Positions 45,115 through 53,430 of a stretch of DNA of 64,000 nucleotides are shown here, in pieces. The position numbers and the translations under genes were made by a program. The notes beneath the pieces are model-generated. The model did not search any database, had not been told where the DNA came from, and was given only the letters and a program-made list of their open reading frames with translations. Numbering within the stretch: position 1 is the first letter of the stretch; every line of letters begins with the position of its first letter. Source of the DNA: Deltaproteobacteria bacterium (GTDB lineage Bacteria; Desulfobacterota; Binatia; UBA9968); contig JAHFAO010000002.1 of assembly GCA_023250515.1 (NCBI GenBank), positions 2,361 through 66,360 on the forward strand, read 5' to 3'.

Positions 45115-46236
45115 ATGAAGGTTTTGGGACTCATTACCGTCTCCCTCGCCTTTTGCATCGCAATTTCAGCCTGTAATGTCGCCTCTTACCATCCTGCGAA
45201 TCTTGAAAACCTTCGCAGCCTCAAGCCGCCGTTCGATGTCGAGGCACGGCGCGTCGCGTTTGGCAAGCCGGTCTCGAGGTTCGATTGCCCGCCGCCCCCT
45301 ACCCCTGTGCGTGATCTAGAATTCGGCGGCTTTTACATCCCGGGCTCGAGCTCGTCGGAGGTTGACCCTAAGGCATTGGATACCTACCGTAAGGCGACAA
45401 GGCCTATCGTCGCCTACGAAAACTTCATCACACAGGTGAGCGATTCCTATCTCCGCAGTAATCCAGCTGAGGGCTCTCTCGCGCGGTGTGTTTTGGACTG
45501 GCTTTATACATGGGCCAAAGGAAGTGCCATGCTCGGCGCCGCCTCGCAGCAGGGCGGCTTCGTCCGCAAGTGGGGGCTTGTTCCGGTTTCGGCTTCCTAT
45601 CTCAAGATCCGGGAAGACAAGAGTCTGGACAAGCCCAGGAAAATAGCGGTGGAGGAATGGATCGGTCGCTGGGCTTGGGTAGTGAAAACCGACTATTCCA
45701 CAGAGACACACAGAGCGAGCCGCAGAAACAACCATCTCTACTGGGCTAGCCTTGCGGCAACCCTGGCCGCCGTGGCCCTGAACAACCGCGATCTGCTTGA
45801 CTGGGGGGTTGCCCAATACCACTTTGCCCTCACGCAAATTCAAGCCGACGGCACGTTGCCGCTTGAGCTTGCCCGCAGGAGCAAGGCGCTCCATTATCAC
45901 CTGTTTTCGATCCCCCCGCTCGTGCTCGTCGCCGAGACCGCAGCGCAAAACGGCTTCGATCTCTATGCCGAACGCGACGGCGCACTGCACAAACTCATCC
46001 GGCGCACGGTTGCAGGGCTCGATGATCCCGCCTATTTCGAGCGCCTCACCGGCGAAAAACAAACCTGGGTGGGGAGACTTGACGGCGGCAAGCTGGCTTG
46101 GATAGAGGCATATTACGCCAGATTTCGAGACAAGGCGCCCGAAAAATGGATCGTGAAGTTTCGACCCCTTGTGAACCGCCAAGTCGGCGGCGACGCGACG
46201 CTTCTTTACGGCCTTCCGAAGCTTGCTCGGGATTAA
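45115..46236 (+). CDS. Alginate lyase family (PL5/AlgL-like) lipoprotein
   Basis: Lipoprotein signal 'MKVLGLITVSLAFCIAISAC'. 'RRNNHLYWASLA' matches the AlgL NNHSYW catalytic motif. Locally GC-rich. Confidence 0.65.
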   Translation: MKVLGLITVSLAFCIAISACNVASYHPANLENLRSLKPPFDVEARRVAFGKPVSRFDCPPPPTPVRDLEFGGFYIPGSSSSEVDPKALDTYRKATRPIVAYENFITQVSDSYLRSNPAEGSLARCVLDWLYTWAKGSAMLGAASQQGGFVRKWGLVPVSASYLKIREDKSLDKPRKIAVEEWIGRWAWVVKTDYSTETHRASRRNNHLYWASLAATLAAVALNNRDLLDWGVAQYHFALTQIQADGTLPLELARRSKALHYHLFSIPPLVLVAETAAQNGFDLYAERDGALHKLIRRTVAGLDDPAYFERLTGEKQTWVGRLDGGKLAWIEAYYARFRDKAPEKWIVKFRPLVNRQVGGDATLLYGLPKLARD

Positions 46237-46292
46237 CACCCATCCGTTGTCCTCTGTCAGCCCCCAAAAAATGGCAGGCAATTATTTTTTTC

Positions 46293-46322
46293 TTGTCATT
46301 TTTCTCTTCATCGGTCTATATT
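46293..46322 (+). promoter_or_regulatory. Candidate sigma-70 promoter for the EndoQ-like gene
   Basis: TTGTCA-N18-TATATT ends 15 nt before the ATG at 46338. Confidence 0.3.
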
Positions 46323-46337
46323 CTCTTGAACTATCCT

Positions 46338-47594
46338 ATGCGCATTATCGCAGACCTCCACATCCATTCACGGTACAGCCGTGCCTGCAGCCAAGATATG
46401 GAGGTCACCACCCTGGCTCGATGGGCGCGGATCAAAGGAGTCAACCTCTTAGGGACTGGAGACTTCACCCACCCGCTCTACCTTGCCGAACTAAAGGCCA
46501 AACTGGAGATGAGCGATGGTGGACTCCTGCGCGTCAAGGGAGATCGCGAAGGGCCCTATTTTATTCCCACGGTGGAGGTGAACAACATCTACCACCAGGC
46601 GGGTCGGCTGCGTAAGATTCATACTCTGATTGTCGCTCCGAACCTCGAGATCGTGGAAAAAATCAACCACAGGCTCCGCTCGCGGGGGAACCTCAGTGCC
46701 GATGGACGTCCCACCTTCACATTTCCAGCCAAAGATTTGGTTAAGCTTGTCCTGGACCTCTGTAGCGATTGCCTTCTTATCCCAGCCCATGCCTGGACTC
46801 CTTGGTTCTCTATCTTCGGCTCCAACTCTGGCTTTGACTCTCTGGAAGAATGCTTCCAGGAAGAGACTAAGAACATCTATGCCATTGAGACCGGTCTCTC
46901 CTCCGATCCGGCAATGAACTGGCGCCTTTCCACCCTTGACCGGATCACGTTGATCTCCAATTCAGACGCTCATTCCCCGCGGAAGATCGCGCGCGAGGCG
47001 AATGTCTTTGACTGCTTGCCAACCTATAAAGAGATTGCTCAGACCCTAAAGAGCCATGATCCGGAAAAGTTTCTTTTTACCATCGAGTTTTTTCCTGAGG
47101 AGGGAAAATACCACTACGACGGCCACCGTAATTGTGGCATAAGATGGAACCCCACCGTAACTAAAAGCCATAAAAGCGTCTGCCCTGTATGCGGTGCCAA
47201 GGTCACGGTGGGGGTGTTGCACCGGGTGTACGACCTAGCAGACCGAGAAGAGGGCTATACCCCTACGCGCGCCGTTCCTGCCAAACATCTGGTGCCCCTA
47301 GAAGAGATCCTCGCCGATGCGCTCGAGGCCAAACCAGGAACCAAGACAGTGAATAGAGAATATGAAAGACTCACGGGGCTCTTTGGCTCGGAGCTCCAGA
47401 TTCTGCTTGAAGTTGACGAGGAAGAGCTTAAGAACAATAGTCCACCGCGTGTTTGGGAGAGGATCCTTAAGGTACGACGCGAGGAGGTGAAGGTAGAGCC
47501 GGGCTATGACGGGGTCTATGGAAAAATTTCCCTCTCCCGTTCTCAGGCAGAGCTTCCGGCCCAAGCTGCTGCAGGCCAGTTAGAACTTCTTTAA
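46338..47594 (+). CDS. Endonuclease Q-like PHP-domain nuclease (TIGR00375-type)
   Basis: Starts 'MRIIADLHIHSRYSRACS' (PHP His cluster), with 'SNSDAHSP' and a Zn finger 'CPVCGAKVTVGVLHRV'. The upstream ORF-track extension overlaps the lyase gene and is discarded. Confidence 0.65.
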   Translation: MRIIADLHIHSRYSRACSQDMEVTTLARWARIKGVNLLGTGDFTHPLYLAELKAKLEMSDGGLLRVKGDREGPYFIPTVEVNNIYHQAGRLRKIHTLIVAPNLEIVEKINHRLRSRGNLSADGRPTFTFPAKDLVKLVLDLCSDCLLIPAHAWTPWFSIFGSNSGFDSLEECFQEETKNIYAIETGLSSDPAMNWRLSTLDRITLISNSDAHSPRKIAREANVFDCLPTYKEIAQTLKSHDPEKFLFTIEFFPEEGKYHYDGHRNCGIRWNPTVTKSHKSVCPVCGAKVTVGVLHRVYDLADREEGYTPTRAVPAKHLVPLEEILADALEAKPGTKTVNREYERLTGLFGSELQILLEVDEEELKNNSPPRVWERILKVRREEVKVEPGYDGVYGKISLSRSQAELPAQAAAGQLELL

Positions 47595-47660
47595 AAATCC
47601 ACGTTTGTAGTCCCACTTTACCGTCTTGTGTTTTTTCGTTACATTGGATCGGGAACATCC

Positions 47661-48449
47661 ATGGAAGCAAGGCTTATTACTCTGGTTACGGACTTCGGCC
47701 TCAAGGACCCTTTTGTCGGCATCATGAAGGGGGTCATTTTGGGGATCAATGCCAATGCGCACATTATTGATCTGAGCCACGGGATCCCCCCCCAAGACCT
47801 CATGGCCGGTGCCTTAGTCCTGCGCCACTCTGCACCATTCTTCCCCCGGGGAACCATCCATGTATCGGTTGTGGATCCGGGAGTGGGGACAAAGAGGCGC
47901 CCCTTACTGGTCGAGTCAGATGGGAACTTCTTCATCGGACCAGACAACGGCGTCCTCAGCCTGGTCCTAGAGGCAAAAGTCGCTAGCCAAATAATCCATC
48001 TTTCCAATGAAACCTATCACCTGAAGCCGACCAGTGTGACCTTTCATGGGAGAGACATCTTTGCCCCCGTCGCCGCCTACCTCTCCTTAGGTATCCCGCC
48101 CCAAGATCTTGGAACCAGGGTCAAGGGTCTTGAAAGGCTTCCTTGGCCCAAAGTCATCCAAGCAGATGGCGCTATCCAAGGTGAGGTCGTCTACATCGAC
48201 AGCTTTGGCAACTTGATCACCAATATCCATGAGCATGACATCATGGGACTCCAACCAGAGAACTTGACGGTTTCTATCGGCAGCCTCACTACCCATGGGC
48301 TTGCGCCAAACTATGCAACTAGCATGGAGGGAGAATATATCGCCTTGATCAATAGCTGGGATCTCCTGGAGATCTCCCTGTTTAAACGGAATGCCTGTAT
48401 TCAGAGCGGGGTAAAAATTGGCGATGAGGTCTACGTACGAAAGGGCTAG
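47661..48449 (+). CDS. SAM hydroxide adenosyltransferase / SAM hydrolase (DUF62, fluorinase-chlorinase superfamily)
   Basis: 'ITLVTDFGLKDPFVGIMKGVI', 'VVDPGVG' and 'IDSFGNLITN'. Confidence 0.75.
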   Translation: MEARLITLVTDFGLKDPFVGIMKGVILGINANAHIIDLSHGIPPQDLMAGALVLRHSAPFFPRGTIHVSVVDPGVGTKRRPLLVESDGNFFIGPDNGVLSLVLEAKVASQIIHLSNETYHLKPTSVTFHGRDIFAPVAAYLSLGIPPQDLGTRVKGLERLPWPKVIQADGAIQGEVVYIDSFGNLITNIHEHDIMGLQPENLTVSIGSLTTHGLAPNYATSMEGEYIALINSWDLLEISLFKRNACIQSGVKIGDEVYVRKG

Positions 48450-48455
48450 TCCCCT

Positions 48456-49454
48456 ATGAACGATGCGACCCTACAGCGGAGTGTGAGTTTATTGTCTGTG
48501 CGAAGACCGATAAGAAAAATTTGGCTTCACCTCCTCCTCTTCCTTCTCACGCTTGTCACCACTACCATCGCAGGGGCATTACAGAACGGGGTGAACCCCA
48601 TTACCGACCCCTGGCAGATCTCCTCGGGCTTGCCCTTTGCCATAACGTTAATGACTATCCTTCTCGTCCATGAAATGGGTCACTACTTCATGTCGCGCTA
48701 CCACAGGGTGGACGCGACCCTTCCCTACTTCATCCCCGCCCCGCCAATTCCTTTCATTATCGGTACCTTTGGAGCGTTCATAAGAATGAAGTCTGCTCCG
48801 CGCGACCGCCGTTCCTTATTTGATGTCGCCGCTGCCGGGCCTCTGGCCGGACTAGTCTTGGCCGTACCTGCAGTGATCGTAGGCCTCCAACTCTCTACTA
48901 TCTCGCCGGAGCCGGGAACCGGTGGAGGTATTTCTCTGGGGTCCTCCCTTCTCCTTAGCTTTCTGAGCAAGATTACCCTCGGTCTTCTTCCCGACGAGGC
49001 CAATATCATCATGCACCCCATCGGCTTTGCTGGTTGGATCGGCCTTCTGGTAACCGCTATGAATCTCCTACCAGTGGGTCAGCTAGATGGCGGCCATGTG
49101 ATATATGCTCTCTTCGGCCAGAGATACATCTGGGTCTCGCGCCTGGCTTTAGTGTCCATTCTCTTATTGGGTCTTCTGCGCTGGTGGGATGGCTGGTTAA
49201 TCTGGGGGCTCCTTCTCCTCTTCATGGGTGTCCGCCATCCACCGTCGTTGGACCCATACACTCCCTTGGACACGAAGAGAAAATTCATGGGTTGGTTTAT
49301 GTTGGCAATCCTCGCTGTCACCTTTATTCCCGCCCCCTTCTCCATTGAGGAACCTAAGGTCTATGATGAGCGCCCCATCCCAAAACCCAAGTCTCCCCCT
49401 TTGGAGTTGATCAACTATCAGGGCGAGCCGCCCGACGTAGGAGGCCTCCCATGA
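48456..49454 (+). CDS. Site-2 protease family (M50) membrane metalloprotease
   Basis: 'LVHEMGHYF' (HExxH) and 'NLLPVGQLDGGH' in a polytopic membrane protein. Confidence 0.8.
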   Translation: MNDATLQRSVSLLSVRRPIRKIWLHLLLFLLTLVTTTIAGALQNGVNPITDPWQISSGLPFAITLMTILLVHEMGHYFMSRYHRVDATLPYFIPAPPIPFIIGTFGAFIRMKSAPRDRRSLFDVAAAGPLAGLVLAVPAVIVGLQLSTISPEPGTGGGISLGSSLLLSFLSKITLGLLPDEANIIMHPIGFAGWIGLLVTAMNLLPVGQLDGGHVIYALFGQRYIWVSRLALVSILLLGLLRWWDGWLIWGLLLLFMGVRHPPSLDPYTPLDTKRKFMGWFMLAILAVTFIPAPFSIEEPKVYDERPIPKPKSPPLELINYQGEPPDVGGLP

Positions 49455-49912
49455 GTAGCCGACTTTCCTGGCATCAATATTTTATGACCATCACGCGACA
49501 GGTGGCAGAGCGTTCCACCTGCAATCGAGCCAAAGTTGGCGCGGTAATCGTGCGCGACAAGAATATCCTAGCCACAGGCTACAATGGTGCGCCCGCCGGA
49601 ATGCCCCATTGCACAGACGTGGGGTGCCTCATCTACCAATCGAAGACCCCCAACGGCGATACTGAAGAGAATTGCTTTCGCACGATCCACGCGGAGATAA
49701 ATGCAATCGCCCAAGCGGCAAAGAACGGCTCCAGCATCAAAGACGCCTCAATCTACCTCACCCACACTCCCTGCATCCACTGCGTCAAGGTGCTCGTCAA
49801 TACGGGGATCAAGGAGATCTACTATGAGAGCCCTTACAAACTCCACACGTTAGGAGAGATTCTGCAACACACTCACGTCCACATGGAGAAGGTGGACCTG
49901 CCACAAAAATAA
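49451..49912 (+). CDS. dCMP deaminase (ComEB/CMP-dCMP deaminase zinc-binding family)
   Basis: 'HAEINAI' and 'PCIHCVK' zinc motifs. 153 aa. ATGA overlap with the M50 gene. Confidence 0.9.
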   Translation: MSSRLSWHQYFMTITRQVAERSTCNRAKVGAVIVRDKNILATGYNGAPAGMPHCTDVGCLIYQSKTPNGDTEENCFRTIHAEINAIAQAAKNGSSIKDASIYLTHTPCIHCVKVLVNTGIKEIYYESPYKLHTLGEILQHTHVHMEKVDLPQK

Positions 49913-49945
49913 AAAGGGAGGCGAGGATTTCTCTCTCCTCCCTTT
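49913..49945. terminator. Bidirectional intrinsic terminator between dCMP deaminase and atpE
   Basis: AAAGGGAGG (49913-49921) and CCTCCCTTT (49937-49945) form a 9-bp perfect stem with a 15-nt loop. U-rich tracts occur on both strands. Confidence 0.65.
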
Positions 49946-49965
49946 CTACTATTGGCCCCTCTCAG

Positions 49966-50289
49966 CTAAATCTTACCTTGAAGGGCATAGGCAATTATCA
50001 AGGCATAGATGGCAAGTGCCTCGATGAAGGCTAAACCAAGAATGAGAGGGGTAAATATCCTGTCAGCCGCATTAGGATTGCGCCCAATACTTTCCATCGC
50101 AGCAGCTGCCATGCGCCCCTGACCCAGAGCGGCACCGAAGGCAGCCAAACCGATGGCCAGGCCAGCGGCGATCGCAATACCAGCTTTTGCCCCGAAACCA
50201 GCCTCAGTTGCATCAGCCGCAGCCAAGGCTACGCCAGAGGGGAATAAGACCAACGCCAGCGCGCATAAACATAAGAGAAGCCTCTTCAT
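49966..50289 (-). CDS. atpE: F0 ATP synthase subunit c with N-terminal signal-like extension
   Basis: 'GLAAFGAALGQG...RNP...LGLAFIEALAIYAL' forms the c-ring hairpin with a carboxylate Glu. It is preceded by 'MKRLLLCLCALALVLFPSGVALAAA'. Confidence 0.9.
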   Translation of the reverse strand: MKRLLLCLCALALVLFPSGVALAAADATEAGFGAKAGIAIAAGLAIGLAAFGAALGQGRMAAAAMESIGRNPNAADRIFTPLILGLAFIEALAIYALIIAYALQGKI

Positions 50290-50362
50290 CCCTTACCTCC
50301 TTTCCAGCGGATTTAAGCTCGTCCTCCCCTCTCTCCTCATCCTCTCCACTTGAGCTGTCCGC

Positions 50363-51058
50363 CTAATGCTCATGGCTAATTGCCATGGCGACATAAATCA
50401 CACTTAATAGGGTAAAGACCAAGGCCTGAATTACTGAGACCAAGGCCCCTAATCCATAAAACAGTACCGGGATGCCCACCTTGGTCAATTCGGTAAAGAT
50501 CTCCACCACCAAGTGGTCCCCGAACAGGTTACCAAATAAACGCAGGCCGAGAGAGACGGGTCGTACCAGATGGGAAATGCCTTCCAAGACAAGAAAAAAC
50601 GGGGCCAGAAACAGTACTGGACCCATAAATTGCTTGACGTATCTAATCCCATGCTCCCGGATACCAAAATAATGATAGGCACAGAACGAGACCAGCCCTA
50701 ATCCCAAGGTGGTGTTAAGATTGTTGGTCGGAGGTGAAAAGCCAGGGAGAAGACCAAAAAGGTTCGCGGCTAGAATAAAGATGAAAAAGCTACCAAAGAG
50801 GTGAACGTACTTGCGCCCCTTCTTGCCAATAATGCTGTCGCTCAAGCCTGCCACAAACTCCACCACGAGTTCCATCAGGTTCCTTAGACTAAGACCTTCT
50901 GCGGGGACCACCGGATCCTTAGACTGTAAGAGGGATCGCCTAGCGAGATAAGCTAGGACGATGAGGATGACCATAACCAGCAAGGCCGTCAGGGTGTGCT
51001 GCGGAAGAAACTTCAAAGCGGACGGTAGTACGTCATACCACATGAATGGATGTTCCAT
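50363..51058 (-). CDS. atpB: F0 ATP synthase subunit a
   Basis: 231 aa and polytopic. 'LGLRLFGNLFGDH' contains the conserved stator Arg. Confidence 0.9.
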   Translation of the reverse strand: MEHPFMWYDVLPSALKFLPQHTLTALLVMVILIVLAYLARRSLLQSKDPVVPAEGLSLRNLMELVVEFVAGLSDSIIGKKGRKYVHLFGSFFIFILAANLFGLLPGFSPPTNNLNTTLGLGLVSFCAYHYFGIREHGIRYVKQFMGPVLFLAPFFLVLEGISHLVRPVSLGLRLFGNLFGDHLVVEIFTELTKVGIPVLFYGLGALVSVIQALVFTLLSVIYVAMAISHEH

Positions 51059-51070
51059 TTACTCAGCTCC

Positions 51071-51439
51071 CTATTGAACCGCCCACAACCTCTCCATGAT
51101 AATCGCCACAAGAAGAGACGAAGTCCCGACGGCAAAAGAGAGAGCGTCTAACTGGACTCGCAAGAAAAAGCCCGAGACCACCCCCAAAAAAAGGCCGAAC
51201 TTTAGAAGCAGCAAAAAGATTCCTGCCCGGACCTTTCCCTTAGTGGCAAAGGGGGCGAGAACCCATCGCACGCCACAACTTAAGAACAAGAAATTCACCC
51301 CCATGAATAATCCCCCTAACAAAAGAGCCCAAAGTTCAACGACCTGCAGGGATACTAGTATGGATCCTATGCTCACAAGCAAAAACGCGTGCCACAGTTC
51401 AATCCACAAGACTGTAGATCCCCAGGATTCACCCTTCAT
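51071..51439 (-). CDS. atpI: ATP synthase protein I-like small membrane protein
   Basis: 122-aa protein with four hydrophobic helices, directly upstream of atpB. TAAATG junction with atpZ. Confidence 0.5.
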   Translation of the reverse strand: MKGESWGSTVLWIELWHAFLLVSIGSILVSLQVVELWALLLGGLFMGVNFLFLSCGVRWVLAPFATKGKVRAGIFLLLLKFGLFLGVVSGFFLRVQLDALSFAVGTSSLLVAIIMERLWAVQ

Positions 51440-51730
51440 TTATCCTTTATCCTTACTAGAAAAACGCTTCAGCAATTGCACTAACCGGATAAAGGCTCCG
51501 GCCAAAGCTAACAGTGTGACTGTAGTCGTAAGCGAAGGCGATGTTTCAAAATAGAGATCCAACAGGTAACCTAAAAACATGCCGCCGATTACGGTGCTCG
51601 GAAACTCAAGCCCGATGGCGGCATACTTGCCAACTTTGACAAAAAGGGGACCCTCTTTCCCCTCTCTTCTATCAAGGTCCCATTTCTGTCGCACCGAAAA
51701 TTCTCTATCATGCGATCCTGAGCGGTTCAA
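51440..51730 (-). CDS. AtpZ/AtpR-like F0F1-associated small membrane protein
   Basis: 'AAIGLEFPSTVIGGMFLGYLLD' matches the ATPase_gene1 pattern. I place the start at TTG 51730 (GGAGGAGG SD 7 nt upstream, TTGA overlap with the hemL stop) rather than TTG 51754. Confidence 0.6.
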   Translation of the reverse strand: MNRSGSHDREFSVRQKWDLDRREGKEGPLFVKVGKYAAIGLEFPSTVIGGMFLGYLLDLYFETSPSLTTTVTLLALAGAFIRLVQLLKRFSSKDKG

Positions 51731-53019
51731 CCTCTGGCCTCCTCCTTCGCCCAATCCTCAAAGGCCTGAACGGTTTTCTCCAAATCGTTCGGCCCATGGG
51801 CAAGGGAGAGAAAGGCCGCTTCAAAGGGAGATGGGGGGAAGTAAACTCCACGGCTAAGCATTCCATGGAAGAACCGGGCGAAACGTTCTTTATCGCAGCG
51901 CCGGGCCTCCGCGGCATCCCGGACTCGCTCGACGGCAAAAAAGAGTGTCAGCATAGACCCAACTCGGTTGACTATACCTTTAATATCGTACTTCCTCAGA
52001 ATAGCCTCAAACCCTTCTTGAACCATCCTTCCCTTTTCTTCCAGCTCCTGGTAAACCCCGCCGCGAGAGAGCTCTCTTAAAGTGACAAGCCCGGCGGTCA
52101 CAGCTAAGGGATTGCCAGAAAGCGTGCCGGCCTGGTACACCGGGCCTTCGGGGGCTAGAAGATCCATGATTTCCTGGCTACCTCCAAATGCCCCCAACGG
52201 AAGACCACCACCTAATATCTTTCCCAAGCAGGTGAGATCTGGTGTAACCCTGTATAACTCCTGAGCCCCCCCGGGGGCAACACGGAACCCTGTTATGACC
52301 TCATCGAAGATCAACAGCGCCGCGTGCTTCCGGGCAAGCTTCCTAACGGCTGGTAGAAACTCCGATGATGGTGGAATCACCCCCATATTTCCACAGATAG
52401 GCTCGACAATCACAGCGGCGACGGAATCAGAATTTTTCGCAAAAGCAGCCTCCACACCACTCACGTCATTAAAAGGGATGACGAGAGTTTCTGCCGCGAA
52501 GCTCGGCGGGACCCCAGGACTATCTGGAAGAGATAGGTTTGCCACGCCGGAGCCAGCCCTGGCTAGCAACCCATCTGCATGTCCGTGGTAACAGCCATCA
52601 AACTTGATGATTTTGTTCCGTTTCGTAAAGGCGCGTGCCAGACGGATTGCACTCATCGTCGCTTCAGTGCCCGAATTAACCAGTCTTAATTTCTCAATTG
52701 AGGCAACTTGTTCACAAACTAACTCCGCCAGCTCGACTTCCCCTTTGGTTGGTGCCCCAAACGTTGTGCCTGCTTCCAAGGCTTCTTTCAGCGCGGTCAC
52801 AATTTTGGGATGGGCATGCCCTAGAATAAGGGGCCCCCAAGAGGCTAGAAAATCGAGGTATCCGTTCCCGTCTACATCGAAAACATAGGCTGCCTCCCCC
52901 CGCGTGATGAACCGAGGAGAGTCGCCTACAGCTTGCCAAGCGCGGACCGGACTGTTCACCCCTCCCGGGATTTTTTTTCGCGCTCGTTTGAAAAGTTCTT
53001 TGGATATTGTGAAACCCAT
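51727..53019 (-). CDS. hemL: Glutamate-1-semialdehyde 2,1-aminomutase
   Basis: 'LFKRARKKIPGGVNSPVRAW' and 'DEVITGFR'. The internal ATG at 53019 is used as the start. Confidence 0.93.
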   Translation of the reverse strand: MGFTISKELFKRARKKIPGGVNSPVRAWQAVGDSPRFITRGEAAYVFDVDGNGYLDFLASWGPLILGHAHPKIVTALKEALEAGTTFGAPTKGEVELAELVCEQVASIEKLRLVNSGTEATMSAIRLARAFTKRNKIIKFDGCYHGHADGLLARAGSGVANLSLPDSPGVPPSFAAETLVIPFNDVSGVEAAFAKNSDSVAAVIVEPICGNMGVIPPSSEFLPAVRKLARKHAALLIFDEVITGFRVAPGGAQELYRVTPDLTCLGKILGGGLPLGAFGGSQEIMDLLAPEGPVYQAGTLSGNPLAVTAGLVTLRELSRGGVYQELEEKGRMVQEGFEAILRKYDIKGIVNRVGSMLTLFFAVERVRDAAEARRCDKERFARFFHGMLSRGVYFPPSPFEAAFLSLAHGPNDLEKTVQAFEDWAKEEARG

Positions 53020-53345
53020 GGATAAAAGTTCCCTAACATCCGACCTCATATGTGTCAAGGTCGCTTGAGTTGCGCGCGTAAAATTTTTGCACAATTTTTT
53101 TCTTGCAATGGAGAATGAAAAGGATTATGAAGTTCTCCTCGCGCCTGAGTGTAAAAAAATTTGTATTGCTGTTAGAAATCTGAACGACGCAAAATGTTGG
53201 TCCTGATCCTTCATCTTAGCAGCCGACTCTCTTTTGTTCCACGCTCTGTAGTTATTCTTATCTTAACTCTCTCCACAAAGGGACCCTGTTCATACCCATG
53301 TTAAATCTTAACTGTAAGACAAGGATCTGTTTTAGGATTTTCCAG

Positions 53346-53365
53346 TTGTCCACAGCTGTGGATAA
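53346..53365. promoter_or_regulatory. Pair of convergent DnaA boxes upstream of dnaA
   Basis: TTGTCCACA (53346-53354, one mismatch) and TGTGGATAA (53357-53365, perfect reverse complement of TTATCCACA), separated by 2 nt. Confidence 0.7.
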
Positions 53366-53430
53366 CCCTGTTTATAACTGTCTTTCCCTTTTAAAAAACA
53401 TATACTTAGCTTGGAAACGCGAGGCCACAT

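Noticed and set aside
45316-46281. A 321-aa ORF on the minus strand, antisense to the whole alginate lyase gene.
   Set aside because: It is a shadow ORF typical of a GC-rich, stop-codon-poor stretch. The translation is Arg/Gly/Pro/Ala-rich with no recognisable motif and no SD, whereas the sense frame has a lipoprotein signal and the NNHxYW lyase motif.
46098-46337. An 80-codon upstream extension of the EndoQ-like ORF.
   Set aside because: It overlaps the alginate lyase 3' end out of frame. The PHP domain begins right at the ATG at 46338 (MRIIADLHIHS).
33824-49912. The HD dGTPase-like protein and the dCMP deaminase as a nucleotide-depletion anti-phage defence pair.
   Set aside because: The genes are 14 kb apart. 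The deaminase is a standard 153-aa ComEB-type housekeeping enzyme translationally coupled to an M50 protease. There are no other defence or mobile-element genes nearby.
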